Source: Asterias rubens (taxonomy: Eukaryota). From it: a DNA stretch of 64,000 bases. The notes under the pieces are model-generated. The model did no database searches, had not been told where the DNA came from, and was given only the letters and a program-made list of their open reading frames with translations. Of the stretch, positions 1 through 13,370 are shown piece by piece (positions within the stretch are counted from its first letter, which is position 1; each line of letters begins with the position of its first letter). Both the position numbers and the translations under genes were made by a program. Location of the stretch: NCBI RefSeq assembly GCF_902459465.1, contig NC_047064.1, positions 14,942,001 through 15,006,000 of the forward strand. The letters run 5' to 3'.

Positions 1-1494
1 TTTCCCCAAAAGTATGATCTTTTATCACAAATAATCATTGATAAACTTTTAATACAGACTTGAAAACCATGGTGGTTTTTTCTGCTTCAAGTTCATGCTT
101 TTGTTACACTGAAAAGAGGAAGCTTAATGAAGCTTAACTTATTGTGAACATTGCTAAATAAGATTGTTTTTGAATACTTAATTTCTACATCTGAGAAAAA
201 AACAAGGAAAACTCATAGCAGATATTATGCTGATTCTGTAAGTTGAAATTGTCAACACCACAACAATTTCTCATGATCAACAACCCCGTCAGCAAGAAAA
301 TACCACACCCCGAGGTTCTGGCTGTTGAGGACACCACAAAAGTACAATATCGCCCTCTCTAGTCAGAGGCCCAACAGGTTGTTTGTCTCAAAAGGGGCCC
401 ACATGCTGTATAGTTACCGTGGTAATGGTTTCTTCATATGAAGGTCAAAATAATAATAAGCTCCTTGCTTAAAGATAATCCTTGTACCCGCCAGTAGGTT
501 TCTTAAAGGGTTTGGGTACTTTTTGTACGACACAAAACACAATACGCCACAGATTTAGAAAGTTTTCTTTAAAATATATATTTTGCTGAGGTCCTGTAGT
601 TTTTTTTTTTTTTTAGAGATGAGTAAAACGTTTCCGTGTTCCTGCTAGTGCTAGCTCCCATTTAAAAAAAAAAAGCAAACCCATGAAGTTTTGATTTTAA
701 TGGTGCCAGATTGACCCACTCGGGTTAAACTTTTAATGTGTGCATTTCATATTTCCACAATATGAATTTCAAATCGCTTTTGGATTGCTTGCTCATGAAA
801 TTCATTGCTCAAAATTTAATAAACAGAGAACTTTTGTTCATAAGGATGGCAATTTCTCAAGACAAATAAGAATATATAGGCCTATAGTGTAATTTGTGCG
901 TTAAGTTTTGTCAACAATTTAGATTTAAAAAAAGGAATTCCTTTGGAATATCAGGTTTCAAAAATAAAAATTTACGTAATATTTTGTTCTCTACAATTAC
1001 ATAATTTGTTTTGTTCTTGACTGTGTACACTAAGGTGTGGCCTTCTGTAAGAATAAGGTGTGGGTGCTTTTACAGCATTTACAAACTCTTCACCATGTAC
1101 ATATAGCCTAGGTAGTGGTCTGCACCAACTTTTTACCCAAACCTTTTCACCTCCTAAAGTGTCCTTAGTGTGAGGTCAAGCAAGCTAGCTGACCCTGACA
1201 GAGGCACCCTGAACTGGCCTGATTGACTTCCCATATGGTGGTGGTTAATACCCAGGGTTGCAGTATACCCTTGTCTGGGATCCAAGTTGTCCAAAACTCA
1301 CACAGTCCAGAAAACACCTTCTTGGAGCCTCCATCTTGTTTTTAAGACTACTTATTCCATTTTCATAAATAAGCAGGCTACCTTCTACAGATGGTACAAG
1401 TGACATGGGCTCAATATTATAAAGCTGTTTTTACCTGCTCGAAATAAGAATTTGGGAGATGTCAGTAATAGTTTATGCAAAAAAGTAAAAACCA

Positions 1495-1669
1495 CTGCCG
1501 TCGATTTTACAAAACTCCTAACTTGAGACTAATTTTATGACTTAGGACGAGTCCCAACCCAGCACTGTAGCATGCAGACCTTAAGATTAATTCCTAAGAA
1601 AGTTAGGACGAGTTAGTTGTCCTAACTCGAGATAAGACGAGTCCTAACTCTTTGAGAAATCGACCCCAG
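1495..1669. mobile_element. MITE family D (about 175 bp)
   Basis: Close match to 56151-56323; termini CTGCCGTCGATTT ... AAATCGACCCCAG. Confidence 0.7.
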
Positions 1670-2939
1670 TTATCTTATTTTTGAAACAGGGAGTAGGCCA
1701 ACAATTCAAACCACTTGTTATCAGAACAAAAAGAAAACTTTTACTACAGCATTCGGCAAAATATATGGCCATTGAAAAACTAGATAAAGGTAAGACAAAT
1801 ATGACTACACAGTTTCTCCAAACATTTTTCCAGTGAAATAATAATCTTGCATAAGTAAAAAAAAATGTATAAATGTATTTTTTTACAACCTCTTTACAAC
1901 AAGATTAAACAAAACAATTTTGTTGTTGTAAAAACCACACTGCTTGTTTGTCACTAAGTGCCACGCCCCTCCACCCATCAGCCCATTCCAACCCAATCTT
2001 TCCAGTTTACAAGTTAAGCTCTCAAACCCACTCCACCCCCTCCCCCCCCCCATCCCCATTCCCACCTGCACCTTTCAAGAAACAAAATACGAAGAAAAAA
2101 AAAATGAATCAAGGATAGTAAAAACTGCCGATTTTTCATCATCCAGAAACCTTGCAGACTGTAGCAAAGTTTGAAGGAACCAGTGACCTTAGCCTGAGTT
2201 GAAGGTCCCAGAATGTCCCACATAGAGGGTTCTTGCTTATTTCAGCATTTTTACTGTGTAAGGGACGGCCTGAACATGTCCTCGCCTTCAGTATGCTTCC
2301 AGACTCTATTTAGGGTCAACTAAAAAAGTTATTGTAGTGTGTGAACAAGTCAGACTGCCTCTTGCAGACAGTAGAAAACAAAAGGAAACTTTCAGCAAAA
2401 TTTACCTTATTTCGAAGGACTTTGATTTAGTTTGATTGCCCATTGAAGGTTTTTGAAATTGCTTTCATAAAATACTCGGTAATTTCTGGTCATTTTTAAA
2501 TGGACTGCTTTTTGACAACTTAACTTTACAAATTGTTTCATTTTCAAAGTAAGTCTACAACAACTGTAAAAAAATTCTTACATATTGTAGAAAGACTTAA
2601 TATTTCTCACCATGAAAATCCTTCTTGGACAAAAAATGAAATACAAATCTGAATCACTGATTGCTATTAAAAACAAAGTTTGCACATTTTATCATCAAGA
2701 GCTCAAATTGTTATATTTAATCTAAAAAGAATAAGGTCTAATTTCAATCTAATTTTTTTGAGAGAATAGTAGCAAAAGAAGATCAATTATGAACTTTTCA
2801 TATGTATACTGGGGTATTAGGACGACAAATATCCTTTTCAGAAATGTTACGAATACTTTGAGTACAATTTGTTCAATGTTACCTTTCTATCAGTCACTGT
2901 ACTTTTGTAATCTTTTTGCAACTTCCCCCTCCGAAGCGT

Positions 2940-3190
2940 AAAGTTTGTGGTAAGCCTTGAACTAAAAGTAACACAACCTGTTTGAAACCTTAAATAATTC
3001 TGTTTTATCATAGTGTAATTGCGGTCCACTGTAACTAACAATTAGAGGTGTACTTAGTGGTGTACTTTTGATAATGAAAGGGTTTTGGCAAAGCCAGAAG
3101 TCTGTGTTAAGCCTTGAACTAAACAAGTTGCGTAACCTTTCTGAAACCGCTACTAATTCTGTGTTATCAGTGTAGTTGCGTTCCACAGCA
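2940..3190. repeat. Diverged tandem duplication, period about 157 bp
   Basis: AAGCCTTGAACTAAA...AAACC...TAATTCTG...TTGCG.TCCAC occurs twice. Confidence 0.65.
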
Positions 3191-4077
3191 ATTAAGAATC
3201 AGAGTTTTGTACTTTCGATTCCCAAAGGTTTTGCTCATTGATGATTAAAACATAAGAACACGTCGGTAAATCTCACAATCAAAGATACCTGAAAGGGATT
3301 ACTTCCGAGTTAATTTATCCTAATACCGTATGGGTTCATGGTTGTGTACTTTGAATTGCTGTAGGTGTTTTGTTAATGAAGTCATGAAGGCTAGTGTAGT
3401 ATAATAGGTGGGGAGGACCAGCGTGACACTTTGGGTGGGTTAACGACAAAATTTCCTGTAGAACCGGAATTCACTTTAATCTGGCCAAGGTGGTTTCGTT
3501 GTATTTGTTTTTAGTCTGTGGGTTATGTTATGGTTTAGACTGGACAGGCAGAACCAAGTCATAAAAATTACTTGACAGGTTTTTGTTGATTTGTTTTTTG
3601 TTTGGGGGGGGGGGGGGGGGTTGGCAAATAACGTAAAGTCTGTGAGCAAAGTTTGTATCAACCAAAAGCAGCTTAAACTGTCCACAAATAACAGCAGTTA
3701 TCAGAAAAAACATGGAGCTGTAACTTTTGCTGCCTTTTTTTGGTGTAGCCGTTTTTGCTGGACTTGTCTATAGACAGAGTTGATTATAATGCTTTTTTCC
3801 TGATGATAAGAGCAAAATCTCATGGCCCTGCTTTACCTATATTGAAGAATCATGCTTACTGAAGCAGTGAATTCTGCGCTTATCTTGCAAATCAGAAACC
3901 ATTAGATGATGTTACAATCCCCATGGTAAAAATGCAGACAAATTCTTGCAACGGTTGTATTAAATTTCTGCTGTAGTGGCGAAAAAATATCCAGTTCAAC
4001 TTCATCCCATATCAGATATCTTTAACTTAGGTATGTTCGATACAGTTCTGGCCCAAAAGTTGTACAACCCTTTTCTT

Positions 4078-4463
4078 TTAAAGACAGTGGACACTATTGG
4101 TAATTGTCAAAGACCAGTCTTCTCACTTGGTGTATCTCAACATATGCATAAAATAACAAACCTATGAAAATTTCAGCTCGATTGGTCGTCGTAGTTGCGA
4201 AATAACTATGAAAGAAAAAAACACCCTTGTCACATGAAGTCGTGTGCTTTCAGATGCTTGATTTCAAGACCCCAAATTCTAAACTTGAGGTCTCGAAATC
4301 AAATTCGTGGAAAATTACTTCTGTCTCGAAAACTAATTAACTTCAGAGGAAGCTGTTTCTCACAATGCTTTATAACGTCAACCTCTCCACATTACTCGTT
4401 ACCAAGAAAGGTTTTATGCCGATTATTATTTTGAGTAATTCCCAATAGTGTCCACTGCCTTTA
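4078..4463. mobile_element. MITE family A (Kolobok/T2-like, TTAA-flanked)
   Basis: Terminal inverted repeats AAGACAGTGGACACTATTGG ... CCAATAGTGTCCACTGCCTT; about 385 bp; the internal sequence recurs elsewhere in the window. Confidence 0.8.
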
Positions 4464-4764
4464 TTGTTACTTGTGCAACAAGTAAAGGTTTTTCTATCAT
4501 TATTTCACCGTCCCAGTGCTATGAGATTATTATTAGCAATTTCCTATTTTGTTATGATCAAAGGGTTGTCAAATCAAAATCCATCAAATAAATGTTTTTC
4601 TTAGAAAATTAATGTTACCCTTTACCAATCAATTATTTTGGTGACCACTCTTGATCAATAAACTCCACAGTTACCAAGAGCTCCAAAATAAGCAAAACAA
4701 ATATTTATGAAATCCATACAAACTCCACTAATGACCTTATAGTTCTGAGTGCTGATTTGTACAT

Positions 4765-5119
4765 AAAAGGCAGTGGACACTATTGATAATTACTCAAAAT
4801 AATTATTATCATAAAACCTTTCTTGATTACGAGTAATGGGGAGAGGTTGATAGTATAAAACATTATGAGAAAGGGCTCCCTCTGAAGTAACGTTATTTTA
4901 GAGAACAAAGTAATTTTCCACGGATTTGATTTCGAGACCTCAGATTTAGAACTTGAGGTCTCGAAATCAAGCATCTGAAAGCACACAATTTTGTGTGACA
5001 AAGGTGTTTTTTTCTTTCATTATTATCTCGCAACTTCGACGACCGATTTGAGCTCACCAATAGAATTTGAGATACACCAACTGTGAAGACTAGTTATAAA
5101 TAGTGTCCAGTGTCTTTTA
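4765..5119. mobile_element. MITE family A, opposite orientation to the 4078 copy
   Basis: Same TIRs; the internal sequence is the reverse complement of the 4078 copy. Confidence 0.75.
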
Positions 5120-5883
5120 GGAAGTCAATTTATCGCAATTTGTTTTTTAAAATTTTGTTTACACATTCCCTGATTGTTTCCAAAATAATTCAAAGTCATT
5201 TCATGAATCACTTTAAGAAACAGTTTGTATGGTATGTATTACATTTCTTTTTAATCAATGAAGAGACAGTTCTGGGGGAGACGTAAATGGGTGAACTGTG
5301 AACTTATGAAATCTCTCAGAGGGGTGTCCAGCTTTGAAATATGGTCTACATTTGACCCACATGTGGTCAGCATACAACTCTGTATCCCAGTTATGCATTA
5401 AACCCAATACTGTAAATATTTAACAGTTTTGAAAATAATTTCTCGCCTAGATGCTAACTTTTGACAGTCCGTACGTGTCTTTATTTTTAATTGCTGTTGT
5501 TACTGTTTTTCAATTCATGGTTTTACTTATGAATATATAAACAAAAAGATCTACGTTGAAGCTTTTATTACTGGGATGTCTTATAATTACCTGGGTATTA
5601 GTGGGGGGTCCATCTTCAAGGTCAAAGGTGAATCTTTTATGGCTGCGTGTCTCATTTTTCAGCCGACCTTTATTCGAACTCTCTATATTATTTTCAGAGG
5701 GTAGGAGGGTTCATTGTACGTTAATAATTGTACTCTTAGTGAGACAGTAGGGGGTTGGTAGGTATTACGTGTAAATTAGCGAGGTCTGGTGATAACGAGT
5801 GAAGGAATTCACTATGGCCCTCTATGGGCCAACTAAGGACAGGGCTTCAGAATTCATCATTAAATAATAACTTTAAAAGTTCA

Positions 5884-6335
5884 GCAGCTGATTTCAAGAA
5901 ACACTTCGATTAATCCTAACTCGAGTTAGGAGGAGTAACCCGTCCTAACTTATGAAGGGTTCAATGCGTCCTACATATTTGGATACGCAACAACACTTGC
6001 TCCCACCATCTGTAAAAAAAGTGGTTGTTGGTCAGGCTGCGTTAGTTGTAGCGGCCCCCGCCTATGGGACAAACTCCCTCCAGAAATCCGCCAGTCTGAC
6101 TCAATCATAACATTAAAAAAACTGTTGAAGACTGAACTGTTCAGAGCCCATTAATTTTTTTATTTTTATTAAGGGAAACAATGTGTGGTGAAGAGGTTTT
6201 CAACTAGTGGTTTAAACCCGCAGAGGCCTGGTTCTTGATAATTTTACCAAAATGATTATTATTATGCGGCACTGAACCCATCCTAAGTCCTAAGATTAAT
6301 CCTAACTTAGGAAGAGTTGGGTTAATCGACGGCTG
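5884..6335. mobile_element. Family D-like copy split by a nested insertion
   Basis: D-like sequence at about 5884-5970 and 6270-6335 flanks unrelated sequence that includes an arm of the 8367 hairpin family. Confidence 0.5.
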
Positions 6336-6672
6336 CGTACCTTATGTAGACACAAAAACACAATGTACATGTACACAGATTTGCATTAAACTTACACGCT
6401 TGAAGATAATGATAGTAGAAAGCTTCCTTTAAATTATTACTGACTGAGGTGCTCTTTTTTTAAAGAAACGAGTTCAACAAGTCACAAAAATTATTTTAGC
6501 ATGTAAAACGCATTTCATGTTGATAATAAGGCTCAAAATTACGTAAATAATAAAGATTTACCTGGCATGTCTGCTGCCACCTACAATCCTAGCCAAAATG
6601 TTTGGGCCACTCATTCACAGCGTTACAATAAACATTCCCTGTCCACTTCCCCCCTGACAATAAACATTCTCT

Positions 6673-6737
6673 CCCCCTTCCCCCATCCCCCCTTCCCCCG
6701 TCCCCCCTTCCCCCGTCCCCCCTTCCCCGTCCCCCCG
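6673..6737. repeat. C-rich minisatellite of (CCCCCCTTCCCCCGT)-like units
   Basis: About four to five units of C-runs, read directly. Confidence 0.8.
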
Positions 6738-7389
6738 CTCAATGGTGATTGGATCGCAGAAGACTGCAATGAGAGCCCACAAGATATGGCCGGGATCGTA
6801 GCAAGTCTCCCTTTATTAAAACTGTCTTATTATCCATAGTATTTTCCTCTTTTTTTTAACCATAAATAATTGTTTTTAAACATGTGCAAAGAGCATTGAG
6901 TAGGTAGCCTTTGTTACAGTTGTTTTGTTTATCCTGGAATCCAGCCAACTGGACATTTCCTGTGCTGTTTTGAGCCTTTCAAATAATTGGTTTAAGTTTC
7001 GTTGTGGAAATTGGCCATGAAGATCAGAACTAACCTTGAATTGCTCTAAAAATATTACAATCCATCTGGGCTGATTCTCCCACGGATATCCTTCCATTCT
7101 TTACGTCCAAAGACTCTGAGAGTTCATGGTTTGAAAAATAGAAAAAAAAAAATAGAGTTTTGTTCTTAAAAGTGCATTGTGTTACTTTTTAGGGCGAGTG
7201 GTTACTATTACAAAGGTGGAGCTACTACCCCAACCCCCTTTTTGCTGGTTATCTCACTGACTGTGTTTAAAGTTGCTGGAAATGTTTTCTATTATATCTT
7301 AATACTAATACTCGGTTCCTATATAGTGCTTTATCACACCTATAAAGGGGTGTATCAAATACACTTGATTTCTTGCAAAGTATGTGGAG

Positions 7390-7700
7390 CCGCGTTTTGA
7401 GACGCATTCCTTTAATAAAGCACCATGTCATGGTTTACACGGTGCTTTGGCGCAATACGCTGCTGATCAAACCAGGCACACCAGGGTGAACCTGGTGCTC
7501 TAGGTTCTTTTATGTGTGTTTCACAACATACAGGACTAACTGCTTTACGTCCCATCCGAAGGACAAAGCATTATGGTTAAGTGTCTCACTTAAGGACAAG
7601 GAGGTCATGACTGGGACTCGAACCCAGTCCACACTGTGTTGATCAGAAACACCAGAGCTTGAGCCAAGTGCTCTTAACTGTTAGCCCACGACACAGCACT
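7390..7700 (-). mobile_element. tRNA-derived SINE
   Basis: The minus strand has a box A-like start and box B GGTTCGAGTCC (7614-7624), then a TCCTTAAGTGAGACACTTAACC core also seen at about 40300. Confidence 0.6.
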
Positions 7701-8029
7701 GTATGACGTCTGGCTGGATCAGACATGTTATTCGTTTAACTTTAGTCTGATTTCCGTGTAGAATTTGTTTTGCCTTTGGAGAAAAGTGTGTACTAAATTG
7801 AAAATTTTATTTGAGCCTGCATGATGTTTACATGGAGAATAGCTCTTGTACTCAATAAAATTTTCCTATTTTTTTGTCTCCAATATTACCCAACTTCATG
7901 CCTGTTGTATGCGAAATTGTTAAATCTCTTCTGGTTTTCAGAATCCATTTGAAAAAAAAAAGGTAACAAGAATCTTAAGTCTCAAAGCAATGAGTGCTGT
8001 TTTTGTCCTACCAACTATTTTATCAAATA

Positions 8030-8512
8030 TAAATTCATAAATACCTCAGACAGTTTCGCCATTCCTATTGGTGGAGAGCGCGTCACATGGGTGTGTATAA
8101 ACCTTCACTTATGACCAGTAAAAAAAGTGTTGAAACATGGGCGTGACATGCGAGCATGCACCTGTGCTTATAAGACAGTTTCTTCATTCCTATTGGTCGA
8201 GAGCATTGGCTGAAACAGTTCACGCGATACGCGCGACGCGCACAGCATTCCCTTATAAGGAGTGGTGTTGTGTTAAAAGAAATTATTGAACAACTATAAT
8301 TTTTGCATTTATTTTACTTTTTGACCGAAAAGGTTTTTATGAATTGGAAACAAAGTGTGTTGAATCGGTTTTCAACTAGTGGATTAAACCCGCCGAGGCC
8401 TGGTTCTTGATAATTTACCTCAACTTCTTCTCAGTAAAATTATCAAGAACCAGGCCTCGTTGGGATTAAACCACTTGTTGAAAACCTCTTCACCACACAT
8501 TGATTCCCTTAT
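8030..8512. mobile_element. Interspersed repeat with an internal hairpin of about 120 bp (8367-8486)
   Basis: Inverted arms GGTTTTCAACTAGTGGATTAAACCCGCCGAGGCCTGGTTCTTGATAATTT / AAATTATCAAGAACCAGGCCTCG...GTTGAAAACC; one arm recurs at about 6195-6245. Confidence 0.5.
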
Positions 8513-8800
8513 TTCTTATATAGTCAGATCTTCAGGAGAAAAAAAAAAGCATGTTCTGCTGAGTCTATATTTAACTAATATATATCAGATCTTCTGAGGG
8601 ATTTTTTGTTCCCCTCCAGGTGATCCTGAAAACTCAAAATGGCACAATCAGCAAACCCCACAAGTACTCTCAGAGGACTGCTGCCTGTAAATTCTGCTGA
8701 GCATAATTTCAGATATTGTGTTTTATCCATTACTTCAAAATGTTGTCACTTGCTGGTCTGGGCTCCAAAACAACCGCACAGATGTTGTCTTTTGTAAGAC

Positions 8801-9179
8801 TTAAAGGGAAGTTACACTTTTGGTAATTGTCAAAGACTAGTGTTCTCACTTGGTGTATCTCAACATATGCATAAAATAACAAACCTGTGAAAATTTGAGC
8901 TCAATCGGTCATCAGAGTTGGGAGAAAATGATGAAAGAAAAAACACCGTTGTTGGACGAATTTATGTGCTTTCAGATAGGAATAAAAGACTTCTACTAGC
9001 TAGAAGTCTTGTAATATTTTAGTGAGAAATTACCTCTTTTTCAAAAACTATGTTACTTCAGAGGGACTCATTTCCCAAAATGTTTTATACTATCAACAGC
9101 TCTCCAATGCTAGTTACCAAGTCAGATTTTAAGTTAATATTTGTTTTGAGTAGTTACCAAACGTGTACCTTCGCTTTAA
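8801..9179. mobile_element. MITE family A variant (AAGGGAAGTTACAC termini)
   Basis: TTAA at both ends; TIR AAGGGAAGTTACACTTTTGGTAA / TTACCAAACGTGTACCTTCGCTT; internal similarity to family A. Confidence 0.75.
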
Positions 9180-9342
9180 AAGCACTGGACACAATTGGTA
9201 ATTACTCAAAATAATTGTTAGCAACTTACTTATATAACGAGCAATTGAGAGCTGTTGATTGTATAAAACAACGTGAGAAACGGTTTCCTCTGAAGTAACA
9301 TATTTTTTTGAGAAAATTACCAACGGTGTCCAGTGCCTTTAA
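9176..9342. mobile_element. Internally deleted family A MITE sharing a TTAA with the previous element
   Basis: TTAA(9176-79)AAGCACTGGACAC ... GTGTCCAGTGCCT-TTAA(9339-42). Confidence 0.7.
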
Positions 9343-9492
9343 GTTTGTTCTTCATTCTAGACATGGGACTGTTCAAGATTTGAAACATTAAGAAGTCATT
9401 GAATTCTACTCTAATTTGCGTCTTCCCATGTTGACACAATTTCAGTTTGTTGCAGCCACTTGTTTTCTCCATTTTCAACAGGGAACAATGTT

Positions 9493-9876
9493 TTAAAGAC
9501 AGTGGACACTATTGGTAATTGTCAAAGACCAGTCTTCTCACTTGCTGTATCTCAACATATGCATAAAATAACAAACCTGTGAAAATTTCAGCTCAATCGG
9601 TCATTGACGAGGCGAGATAATATGAAAGAAGTAACATCCTTGTCACACGAAGTTGTGCGCTTTCGGATGCTTGAAATCGAGACCTCAAGTTCTAAATGTG
9701 AGGTCTCGAAATCAAATTCGTGGCAAATTACTTCTTTCTCGAAAACTTTGTTACTTCAGAGGGAGCCGTTTCTCACAATGTTTTATACCACCAACCTCTC
9801 CCCATTACTCGTACCAAGTAAGTTTGTATGCTAAAAATTATTTTGAGTAATTACCAATATTGCTCACTGCCTTTAA
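9493..9876. mobile_element. MITE family A
   Basis: TTAA at both ends, family A TIRs and internal sequence. Confidence 0.8.
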
Positions 9877-12800
9877 AGCTGGGGATAAAACCTTCTTGAA
9901 ATCTGAACAAATCATCTTGCAAATGGAATGTTTTCTTGTGTGTAATTTCCCTTGACAAATTTCCACATGGTTTTCAGGATAAGCAAGCAACAGCTGAATA
10001 CCAGTAACAAGCAATATGCAACAAATGGATACTTGGCGAGTAACCCTGTTTTTATGGTGGAAGAAATTTCATGCTAAGCAGATTGTTGTGCTTAGCAGCT
10101 CTATGAAATTGGGCCACGTACAGCAACCAGACCACCAAATGATAGTTTGCTGTAAAGAGTAGAACATTGACTTGAAATAGTCCATTGTCAATTCAGGAAA
10201 TTAACTATACTCTGATCTATTCAGTTATATAGGACTATAAAGTCAAGTGCTTGTGACTGATTGTTGCCAAGGGGTTATTGTTTCAATCTGTTTTTGGCCA
10301 CATCATCTTTTAAGGTTAAACTACATCACTGGTCTACAGAACAGTAAATTCATTCCAATAGTTTCAAGACTAGTGAAAAAAAAAAAAAATCAGGTTATCC
10401 TGTTTTAGTTTGAAACTAAGTCGTTGCGAGGCCCGGAAGAAGGATGTAATGAAACATTACCGGAGAAAGGGTGCAAGCAATTAATGTGCAAAAGTGTGTT
10501 TCGAGACAACTATAAGCGGAAACATTTAATTGTTTTTTTTTTTCCCTGCCAATATTAATCATTATGGGAAGGTAACATTCTGCATGTGAATGGGCAAACA
10601 TGTCTTTAAGGGTCATTCAAGCAACACACATGTAACATCAATGCCATGTTTTTCTCAGGAGCCATTTTATTGCTTACAGTTTTCTGCTACTGGGACGGAA
10701 AGTACTTTGGGTGCCATAAATCCTTGTACTCATTTTTGGAGCACATAAGAAGTTGTTGAAGGATTTTGTGGACTTTCATATGCATGCTTGTTCTATTTTG
10801 GTGTAATCAAACTAATATGCTGGTAACCTTGGTTGTCTTTAACTGTTTTACCCAAGTCCATGTATGACTGATACGATAAATACAATTTAAAAATTGCATT
10901 TTAAGGGGGGGGGGGGAATTACTAAATATGAAATTTGTCTAATGAAAGGTTCTGTCAGTTAAGAAAATGGAGAAAAGAAAAGCATAATTGTTTTTTGGGG
11001 ATGAAATACTGCAATTAACAATTGTTAACCCTTTTCTGAACACATGGTTAATTTTTGGTGATTATCAGAGAAAGAAATTACAACCTGTTGATTGTTGTCT
11101 ATGTAAATGTTTTGCCACTGAACCATGTGAAATGAAGTTTGTGATTGGTGAAGACACTATAGGCCTGTTTGGGGGGGGGGGGGGTTGGAATGTGAAATTG
11201 TTCTATTCTTTAAACGCTCAGTCTAATTGTTTGGCAAAAAAGAAATATGGAACTCAGCAACTTCATTCCCAAGGATTACCGCATAAGTAAAAGTTTCTTG
11301 GCAATAGCACAGATATCCAAAAAGAAGCTCTTTAATAATCTTGACTCATAGCACTAATAGCAAACTTTTATTTCCAGAGCAAAACGTTTAATGTTCCTGA
11401 TATAATTACCAGAAAAATCCACCCCAGTATCCTGGGGGGGGGGGGGGTACCTGTGATGTGATGCACTTCACAGCTACTCAGGATTCGTGTAAACGTCTCC
11501 TTCCCCACAAAGGGATTGATCCCTTTAAAAATGAGTAATGTAACATTTCCAGACTTCCCTCCCACTTATTATTGTTAGACTCCAGAGCTGATGTCCTTCA
11601 CAACAGCTTTACTTAGCGAGAAAAGAGTCCTCTTTAAAGTGACAGTTTCCTTCAATATTGCTTTAATACATCAAATGTTGTGGCCTTTTCAATATTGAGA
11701 AAATAGATTTAGCTGTTGCAAACTGCTTATAGATGCAAAACATACTAGTTTAGTGGCCCTATGATGGCAGGGTTTTTCTCAAAGGCTAATCTTGGTCTCG
11801 GGAGCTGGCTGTTCCTTTACTGCTGAAGTGCAGTATTCTTGATTCATTTGATTTTGTGCAATTTCAGCCCAATTTCATAGACCATTTCATAGACCTCTGT
11901 GAAATTGGGTCCAGATTGCACCAATTCTGCTTTAGGTAGAAATGATTGCTCAAAATTGATTTGTTAAGCAGAAACTAGCAGAATATTATTTTTTATTTTT
12001 TTAAATGCTAGTCAAAGGTTGTACATGTGGTGTGGCTGGTAACCATATTCTGGTGAGCATAAGTTTGTTGTGCTTAGCTAGGAATAGTTTTTGGTACAAA
12101 GAATGCTTACCCACACTCCTATTAAAATGTATCCCTTTTTTTCTTTAAGATTTTATAAAGCAGAAATTTGTTCCTGTTTTTAATTAACCAAATGTGGCCA
12201 TGACGTGTCACAGCAGACATTAGTTGTGTCTACATGTAGTCACCCAGTTGTTTAGAAGTTTGGGGTTTTTAATTTTCAGTTTGTCTAGTGGACAGGTTTC
12301 CATGTCTATAAGGTTTTTTTGGTCAAATCTATTTAAAAAATGCCAAAGATATTTGTGAGTTGTTTGAAACAAACTTTGGGAATGCGTTTATGTTCGTGTA
12401 TTGTCACAAAATATAACTTTTCAAATTTAGTATTTCATGTTTCACCTCACGCAAAAATGCACTTATGTCCACCCAACGTTTGTATACACCTATGTATGTG
12501 TGATAACTAATAGTAAAGCAACTCTAAGGTTGAAATCATACCGGAACTTCTTAAAGTTTAATTCTATTAAAATGGAAGTTATCTTATGTTTATGAAGATT
12601 AAATACAAGTGTTTTATCCATGACTCATTGGTCAGAAGAAACTGCTACCATAATTCAGTGAATATTAGTGAACAACTGCTCTGGATGACTAAGTATTACC
12701 TCACAACAAGCAAGATATTCTTAACTTTAAAAAAAATGGTTTTACACATTTTAAAAATAAAACAAAATATCAAAATATCACAAAATATGTTTGAAAATAC

Positions 12801-13229
12801 TATGTCAAAGACAGGGAATGAACGTCGTTTTGGCAGTTGAGAATTCTTTTTTTGTTTGTAAGTGTTTATTTATTTATGATTGACTGGCACCATCCATCTA
12901 GTATGGCATATCCTTAATCACACACTAAAGGAAACAAAGTGAGTCACTAATCTATCTGAACACAGTGAACATCTAGAGATAATTGGGAAGAGTGTCTACT
13001 GTGTCAGCCAAAAAAGAAAACATCCATTACACAAAAAAAATGGCGACATAAGCAAGCAGTTCCGAACTGCTGACTTGACAAGGGCATACCGTTCCCCAAG
13101 CCCTGGTTTGGTTGGTAGAACCAGCAGCTAGCCTAGCCTCTACACAAATTGTCTGCTTGCTCAGGCCTTTTTCCTGCCTAGGTGTGTACAGCCAGCTAAA
13201 CTACTACCCATAGGAGTTTTACAGGACTG

Positions 13230-13290
13230 TGATTGGACTAAAGAATGACCCCTATGTCAGCTATCCCATAATAAGAGGAATAAAACCAGC
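13230..13290 (+). promoter_or_regulatory. Probable collagen core promoter
   Basis: Inverted CCAAT (ATTGG 13232-36), CArG-like CCATAATAAG (13266-75) and TATA-like AATAAAA (13279-85), about 110-160 nt upstream of the ATG. There is no upstream ATG between these and 13391. The TSS is not directly observable. Confidence 0.45.
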
Positions 13291-13370
13291 GGTATTTCTG
13301 TGTATCGGAGAGCCCCAGCCGAGGAACTGAACTGAGGCCACATCTCCAGTTTTTAAAACTTTATTGAAGG

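Noticed and set aside
1245-1340. Short minus-strand ORF (MEAPRRCF...) after a YY1-like motif
   Set aside because: Only about 29 codons, with no recognisable domain or supporting exons.
3603-3620. Long G or C homopolymers scattered through the window
   Set aside because: Common simple repeats with unreliable length; no pattern relative to the gene.
4195-5001. Similar short ORFs recurring at 4.2, 4.8, 9.6, 48.1 and 53.0 kb
   Set aside because: They are translations of non-autonomous family A MITEs, with no transposase motif.
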